A DNA stretch of 11,951 bases from Candidatus Bathyarchaeia archaeon (GTDB lineage Archaea; Thermoproteota; Bathyarchaeia; Bathyarchaeales; Bathycorpusculaceae). The notes under the pieces were generated by a model. It was given only the letters and a program-made list of their open reading frames with translations, searched no databases and had not been told where the DNA came from. The translations under genes and the position numbers were made by a program. How positions within the stretch are numbered: the first letter of the stretch is position 1; each line of letters opens with the position of its first letter. Location: NCBI GenBank assembly GCA_038882955.1, contig JAVZNC010000011.1, forward strand, positions 1-11,951, written 5' to 3'. Shown here piece by piece: positions 6,582 through 11,951 of this stretch.

Positions 6582-7958
6582 TTAATGAATCATCAGTCTC
6601 TCCTCATACTTTCTCAAGTATTCTGCTGCCTCGCCTATATCCATGAACAAATCATCAACACGCTCAACATCTTCAATCGTAACTTTACTCCTTTTGGCTG
6701 CTCTTGCATTTTGAGATGCAAGGCTTAACAGCTGAACAGCATAGCGCAATGAACTTTTAGCGCCTACCTCTGCAAGCCTTTCTAGGGCTTTGTCGTCGAG
6801 CTTTATTTTCTCCTCTTCAGAACGTATTCGCAGTATCTCCTTCACGCTTTCCACGTCGTATGGTTGTGTTGCGATTATCACAGAGCGGTCTATGAGGTCT
6901 ATTGGGAAGCCAAGTGGACTTTTTACGTCTGTTCCGCGGATTCTGGCTACGCCCCTATTAGTTGCAAGGATAACTATTGGAACAAGCTCGCTTTCCATAG
7001 CTCTGCCCAAAAAGCTGAAAGCCTCCAAATCCAAAAGATGCGAATCATCAATGAAGAGCACGCCTGGATGGATGAAAGCCTTTCCAGAATCCACCCACTC
7101 CTTGACCTGCTGGTCCACAGCCATACGCACTTCAGTGTCGATTTCCTTCGACTCTGAACCGCCAAAGAACAGCGAGAAGAATCCGCCTGAACGTTGCCTA
7201 GCGTTAAGCTCATCCAAATCATTAAGCGTCAACGTATAAACAAACTCTTTCTCTTTCAAAACCTTACCGTTTGGTCTTGGAACCTTCCGTGTAGTGTCAA
7301 CGTCATACGTTTTTCCCTTTGTGCTTTCTAGGCTTAACCCTAAACTTGCAACTCTACCAGTCTCAGCGTCTATCTGTATCACGTAGCCTTCTGAAACGCC
7401 CTCCGCGATAATCTGCTGGGCTATTGAAGGACCAGCCTCTATGGTTTTCTCCTCATCTGTCGTCCTCAAAGTCAACCTAACACTTTCTGGAACCTTCTGG
7501 TACGGATTGTATGGGTGCGGCGCAGTTTTTATGTCAACATGCGTAAGCTCGCCTTCGTATACTTTGCGCATTTCATGTATCTCAACGCCTATGCACTTGC
7601 GAATAGCTTCAACAAGAACCTCGGTTTTCTTACGCTCAGCACTGTAAATTTCGCTACCGCTCATTTGTATAAACGGCACGTTTTCGCCTAGTTCTCGCGA
7701 TATAGCCACGGCTATAGCTGTTTTTCCAGTTCCAGGCGGACCAGCCAAAATTATACATTTTCCGCTCAATTTCCCTTCCTTAATCATCTTCACAACCAAG
7801 CCAGCAGCTTCTCTAGCCTTTTCCTGTCCAACCATGCCGTCCTTTATCTTCACAGCCCTCAAATTCTCATCTAAGCCTAATCCCTTAATGTGCGTGTGAG
7901 CCCCTATCCGCTCAAATCTGCTTACACCGCCCGCGGGAATTTCCCTTATAGACGCCAT
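6582..7958 (-). CDS. tip49: TIP49 / RuvB-like AAA+ ATPase (TBP-interacting protein, Rvb1/Rvb2 homologue)
   Basis: N-terminal HTHIKGLGLD, GMVGQEKAREAAG, Walker A GPPGTGKT, Walker B VLFIDDSH, sensor ATNRG and SLRYAVQLL. SD GGGGTGA upstream. Confidence 0.96.
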   Translation of the reverse strand: MASIREIPAGGVSRFERIGAHTHIKGLGLDENLRAVKIKDGMVGQEKAREAAGLVVKMIKEGKLSGKCIILAGPPGTGKTAIAVAISRELGENVPFIQMSGSEIYSAERKKTEVLVEAIRKCIGVEIHEMRKVYEGELTHVDIKTAPHPYNPYQKVPESVRLTLRTTDEEKTIEAGPSIAQQIIAEGVSEGYVIQIDAETGRVASLGLSLESTKGKTYDVDTTRKVPRPNGKVLKEKEFVYTLTLNDLDELNARQRSGGFFSLFFGGSESKEIDTEVRMAVDQQVKEWVDSGKAFIHPGVLFIDDSHLLDLEAFSFLGRAMESELVPIVILATNRGVARIRGTDVKSPLGFPIDLIDRSVIIATQPYDVESVKEILRIRSEEEKIKLDDKALERLAEVGAKSSLRYAVQLLSLASQNARAAKRSKVTIEDVERVDDLFMDIGEAAEYLRKYEERLMIH

Positions 7959-8036
7959 AAGCAGACATCACCCCGCTGAACGTTAAAATTGCAGAAATAA
8001 AACAGAAACAAATTAAATATAAAAATTTATTCTTCC

Positions 8037-8059
8037 TTTTCAGAATTATATTCTGGAAA
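8037..8059. promoter_or_regulatory. Inverted repeat in the divergent TIP49 / HTH-10 intergenic region
   Basis: TTT-T-CAGAAT-tat-ATTCTG-G-AAA, with 9 of 10 arm positions complementary. Confidence 0.4.
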
Positions 8060-8110
8060 TACGAGAAGTTAAGCTCAGAAAAGCATAGGATTAAGAATAA
8101 AGACAAGTTT

Positions 8111-8124
8111 GTAGTCATATGACG
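8111..8124 (+). promoter_or_regulatory. Candidate regulator-binding site, copy 1 (GTAGTCATATGACG)
   Basis: Contains the perfect palindrome GTCATATGAC (8114-8123) and is followed by the TATA-like CTTAAC. Near-identical copy at 8930-8943. Confidence 0.6.
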
Positions 8125-8162
8125 GCTTAACTGATAAATAGATAGAAAACATTTATTTAATT

Positions 8163-8882
8163 ATGCCACTGTTCGAAGTTGTATTCAGAATAACGCACGA
8201 TTGCCCATTCTGCAATATTTCAAAGAAATTTCCGTCGATTAAGATGTTCTTTTGGTGCAATAACGAATACGACGTAATAGAAATAATTGCAGAAAGACCA
8301 GAAGAATACTCTTTCATAGTGAAGGAGTTGTCTAAAATCAGCAAAATAGTTGCAGAATCATCAGATCAGCATAAAATTCACATAGTTATGAAGACATGTG
8401 CCTGTTATACAATTGAAAACTCTGTAACTAAACAGATCGACAGATGCACACTTCTTCACGTGTCACCAATCGTTTATGAAGGAGGCTGGGAATATTACCG
8501 CATCATAGCCTTCAAACATAAAGACCTAAAAGAATTCTTTCGAAACCTTGAAGGAAAGGGCTTCGTTTATGATGTTTTACGCAAAATTCCGTTCGATGGA
8601 TTTATTGCTAGCTCTTTGACGCTTACAGCAGACTCTTTATTTTCCGATTTGACGGAAAAGCAAATGAGCGCGTTGCTTGATGCTTTTAATCATGGATATT
8701 ACAGATTGCCACGAAAAACCGACGTTTCATCAATTGCTTCCAAAAAGAAGGTGCCAAGAACAACATTTCAGGAGCACTTGAAAAAAGCAGAAAACAAGCT
8801 AATTTCATCTTTGATCCCTTACATCATGCTTTACAAGCAGGCTCCAGAAGAAAAGAAAAAGATTCTCAAAACTGTAACGTAA
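8163..8882 (+). CDS. HTH-10 (bacterio-opsin activator/DmsR-type) archaeal transcription regulator
   Basis: C-terminal LTEKQMSALLDAFNHGYYRLPRK...IASKKKVPRTTFQEHLKKAENKL is the HTH-10 signature. N-terminal sensor domain has HDCPFC, WC and CAC. Confidence 0.92.
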   Translation: MPLFEVVFRITHDCPFCNISKKFPSIKMFFWCNNEYDVIEIIAERPEEYSFIVKELSKISKIVAESSDQHKIHIVMKTCACYTIENSVTKQIDRCTLLHVSPIVYEGGWEYYRIIAFKHKDLKEFFRNLEGKGFVYDVLRKIPFDGFIASSLTLTADSLFSDLTEKQMSALLDAFNHGYYRLPRKTDVSSIASKKKVPRTTFQEHLKKAENKLISSLIPYIMLYKQAPEEKKKILKTVT

Positions 8883-8929
8883 CCCAAAGGACTTCTCATT
8901 TTTCTGCTTTTTTGTAAATTCGCCTTTGA

Positions 8930-8950
8930 GTAGGCATATGACGCTATAAG
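8930..8950 (+). promoter_or_regulatory. Candidate regulator-binding site, copy 2 (GTAGGCATATGACG), plus TATA box
   Basis: 13 of 14 nt identical to 8111-8124, followed by TATAAG (8945-8950). Confidence 0.6.
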
Positions 8951-8993
8951 AGTTATGCTATTCCTTTCAGTCGTACTTATCACGGGAAAAGAG

Positions 8994-9230
8994 ATGAAAC
9001 GATTAGATTTAGGAAAAATCGGCGCACTTAAAGGAAAATTACACCAAATATTAGAGATAAGTAAGAGTTACATTGTTTCCTCATTCATGCACGAAAAGTG
9101 TGAAGCAAGCTCAACTTCGGAGCGCTTCAATGATTGGAGAATGAATAGTACTTATTTAGCTCAAATGGAAATTGTGAAGGCTGAAGGCAATGCAATATTT
9201 GAAAGGCAGAAAAATCGCTTTACAAATTGA
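8994..9230 (+). CDS. Small hypothetical protein (78 aa)
   Basis: Within ORF 8955-9230. ATG at 8994 lies about 45 nt after TATAAG, behind a purine-rich GGGAAAAGAG. No recognisable domain. Confidence 0.5.
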   Translation: MKRLDLGKIGALKGKLHQILEISKSYIVSSFMHEKCEASSTSERFNDWRMNSTYLAQMEIVKAEGNAIFERQKNRFTN

Positions 9231-9302
9231 AAACAAAACCTTTACTCCTCTTTTTCTGTAATGTTGAACCATAACAATAAAATTCATTCTTCAAATAGTG
9301 TT

Positions 9303-9869
9303 TCATGTCTTCGCTTTTCTATCTAGTAAATAGTTTATTATTGTTATGCACGACGCCGCTAGGTAGGGCGTCTTGCAAAGAGACAGTTTTTCGCCATATC
9401 TTAAGGTGTAAGCCTCAACCTTTTTTGGAAGCCCAACATGGTCGCCTAAAACAAAAACTGAATTGGCGCCCACCTCAACTTCAGAAATGTCTTTTCCGCT
9501 CTCCTCAAGCACATACACTTTAGCCATTTCCATTTCTGCCTTCGCCTTCAAAAGCGCCTCAAAACTCAATTTCTCAACGCTCACGCCCGGATGAGTCTTC
9601 CCAGATAAAACCTTCTTCAAAATATGCTTCCAAGTTTCTTGGTCCGTCCGAACATCATGAAGGCTCGCACCATCAACTTTTAAATGTAATGGCGGGTTCG
9701 GCGGGCCACTAAGAACAGCGTGGAAAACGACGTTTCTGCGTATGCCATGAGAAAGAAAAAGACTTGCGACAATGCATTCATAAACTATGTCCAAGCGCCC
9801 AGCATCATGCAAATTTGCCCAATTCGCGTCCGTCCTTCCTAAACGAGAATATAAAATGAACTCTGGCAA
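9303..9869 (-). CDS. trmY: tRNA (pseudouridine(54)-N1)-methyltransferase, SPOUT class
   Basis: Motifs AGRLDIV, LFLSHGIRRNV, VFVLGDHVGL, LSL and YLAASCITIINYLLD. TTG at 9869 is preferred to 9884 because a CCTTAAAT TATA lies at 9909-9902. Confidence 0.92.
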   Translation of the reverse strand: MPEFILYSRLGRTDANWANLHDAGRLDIVYECIVASLFLSHGIRRNVVFHAVLSGPPNPPLHLKVDGASLHDVRTDQETWKHILKKVLSGKTHPGVSVEKLSFEALLKAKAEMEMAKVYVLEESGKDISEVEVGANSVFVLGDHVGLPKKVEAYTLRYGEKLSLCKTPYLAASCITIINYLLDRKAKT

Positions 9870-10003
9870 CGTGTTTCCCAGCAATAATTATGGGCGCACA
9901 AATTTAAGGCTTCAACAAAACAGAAATCGAACAAACCAAACCTTAATACAAGGACAAATCCTCTTCTAAAAATCTATAGAGGGAGGGAAGTAGGAAAATG
10001 CCA

Positions 10004-10043
10004 AAAGAAAAAAGCCCATTTTCACACATCACCAGTATAAAAA
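10004..10043 (-). terminator. Oligo-T tracts downstream of tRNA-Thr(TGT)
   Basis: Minus strand has TTTTT (10043-10039) and TTTTTTCTTTT (about 10013-10003), typical of archaeal intrinsic terminators. Confidence 0.45.
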
Positions 10044-10054
10044 GCGTTATTATA

Positions 10055-10128
10055 AGCCTCGGGCGGGCTTTGATCCCGCGACCTACGGCTTACAAGGCCG
10101 TTGCTCTACCAGGCTGAGCTACCGAGGC
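10055..10128 (-). tRNA. tRNA-Thr(TGT), no intron, CCA not encoded, T-loop ATCAAAG
   Basis: Acceptor GCCTCGG/CCGAGGC, D arm GCTC/GAGC, anticodon arm ACGGC-CTTGTAA-GCCGT, T arm GCGGG-ATCAAAG-CCCGC. Confidence 0.96.
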
Positions 10129-10218
10129 AACCGCAATACGCATATCACAACAACAAAAATAAAAACGTTCTTAACCATAAATCCAGCTGAAATTCAAATT
10201 AAAAACACTTATTACATG

Positions 10219-10236
10219 CGACGCAACCCTTATATG
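10219..10236 (+). promoter_or_regulatory. Putative promoter of the 23S rRNA transcript
   Basis: CGACGCAACCC-TTATAT resembles an archaeal stable-RNA BRE/TATA and lies about 200 nt upstream of the 23S gene. Confidence 0.55.
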
Positions 10237-10291
10237 TGCGATAGCCGCTTCAGAAATATTTTGGCTATATTACTCCAAGCCATAACGCATA

Positions 10292-10392
10292 GATGCACCT
10301 CCCCATCCACCAGATTGGGAGGGAAGGGTGAATGAGCCTTTAAAGCTCACATGACACCACACACAAGCCAAAAAATAGCGTATGCCATACGC
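10292..10392 (+). other. Structured pre-23S rRNA leader/spacer elements
   Basis: GATGCACC...GGGAAGGGT flanks a CCTCCC/GGGAGG hairpin. GGTG-AAT-GA...GA-CACC forms a K-turn-like element. GCGTATG-C-CATACGC is an inverted repeat at 10378-10392. Confidence 0.5.
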
Positions 10393-10432
10393 CATCAAAG
10401 GTTCACCAAACGCCAAACAGACACCACTAAAA

Positions 10433-11951
<1,519 letters not shown>

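Noticed and set aside
6128-8344. ORFs 6128-6532, 6159-6350, 6790-7239, 6864-7157, 6974-7222, 7441-7647, 7912-8118 and 8153-8344
   Set aside because: Shadows of the small hypothetical gene, TIP49 or HTH-10, or products of AT-rich intergenic sequence.
9305-9969. Plus-strand ORFs 9305-9523 and 9787-9969
   Set aside because: Antisense to trmY and its promoter.
1654-10128. Segment between the two tRNA-Thr genes as an integrated mobile element (attL/attR)
   Set aside because: Both tRNAs are complete with different anticodons, there is no integrase, and the content is largely housekeeping (thiL, tip49, trmY).
10292-10302. GATGCACCTCC as a remnant of the 16S 3' end (GATCACCTCC)
   Set aside because: It needs an inserted G, no other 16S sequence lies upstream, and it is better explained as a pre-23S spacer hairpin.

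Overview
Archaeal chromosomal window. Gene content and rRNA/tRNA style suggest a TACK archaeon, probably Bathyarchaeia (inference, not a database result). From left to right: (1) a minus-strand metalloid module just downstream of the 3' end of tRNA-Thr(CGT), made of a Cys-pair-rich AbrB-fold regulator (HgcC-like), arsenite methyltransferase arsM and a second SAM methyltransferase that runs off the left edge; (2) a plus-strand run of nitroreductase, thiL and an AmmeMemoRadiSam-type radical SAM gene; (3) a minus-strand MFS transporter, small hypothetical protein and TIP49/RuvB-like ATPase; (4) an AT-rich islet with an HTH-10 regulator and a small ORF, each preceded by the same near-palindromic motif; (5) trmY; (6) tRNA-Thr(TGT) with A at position 54; (7) the 5' half of a 23S rRNA gene with no 16S gene in front of it. 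The best leads are a possible non-ArsR arsenic-sensing switch with a 9-bp-period operator, the HTH-10 mini-regulon and the unlinked 23S gene.
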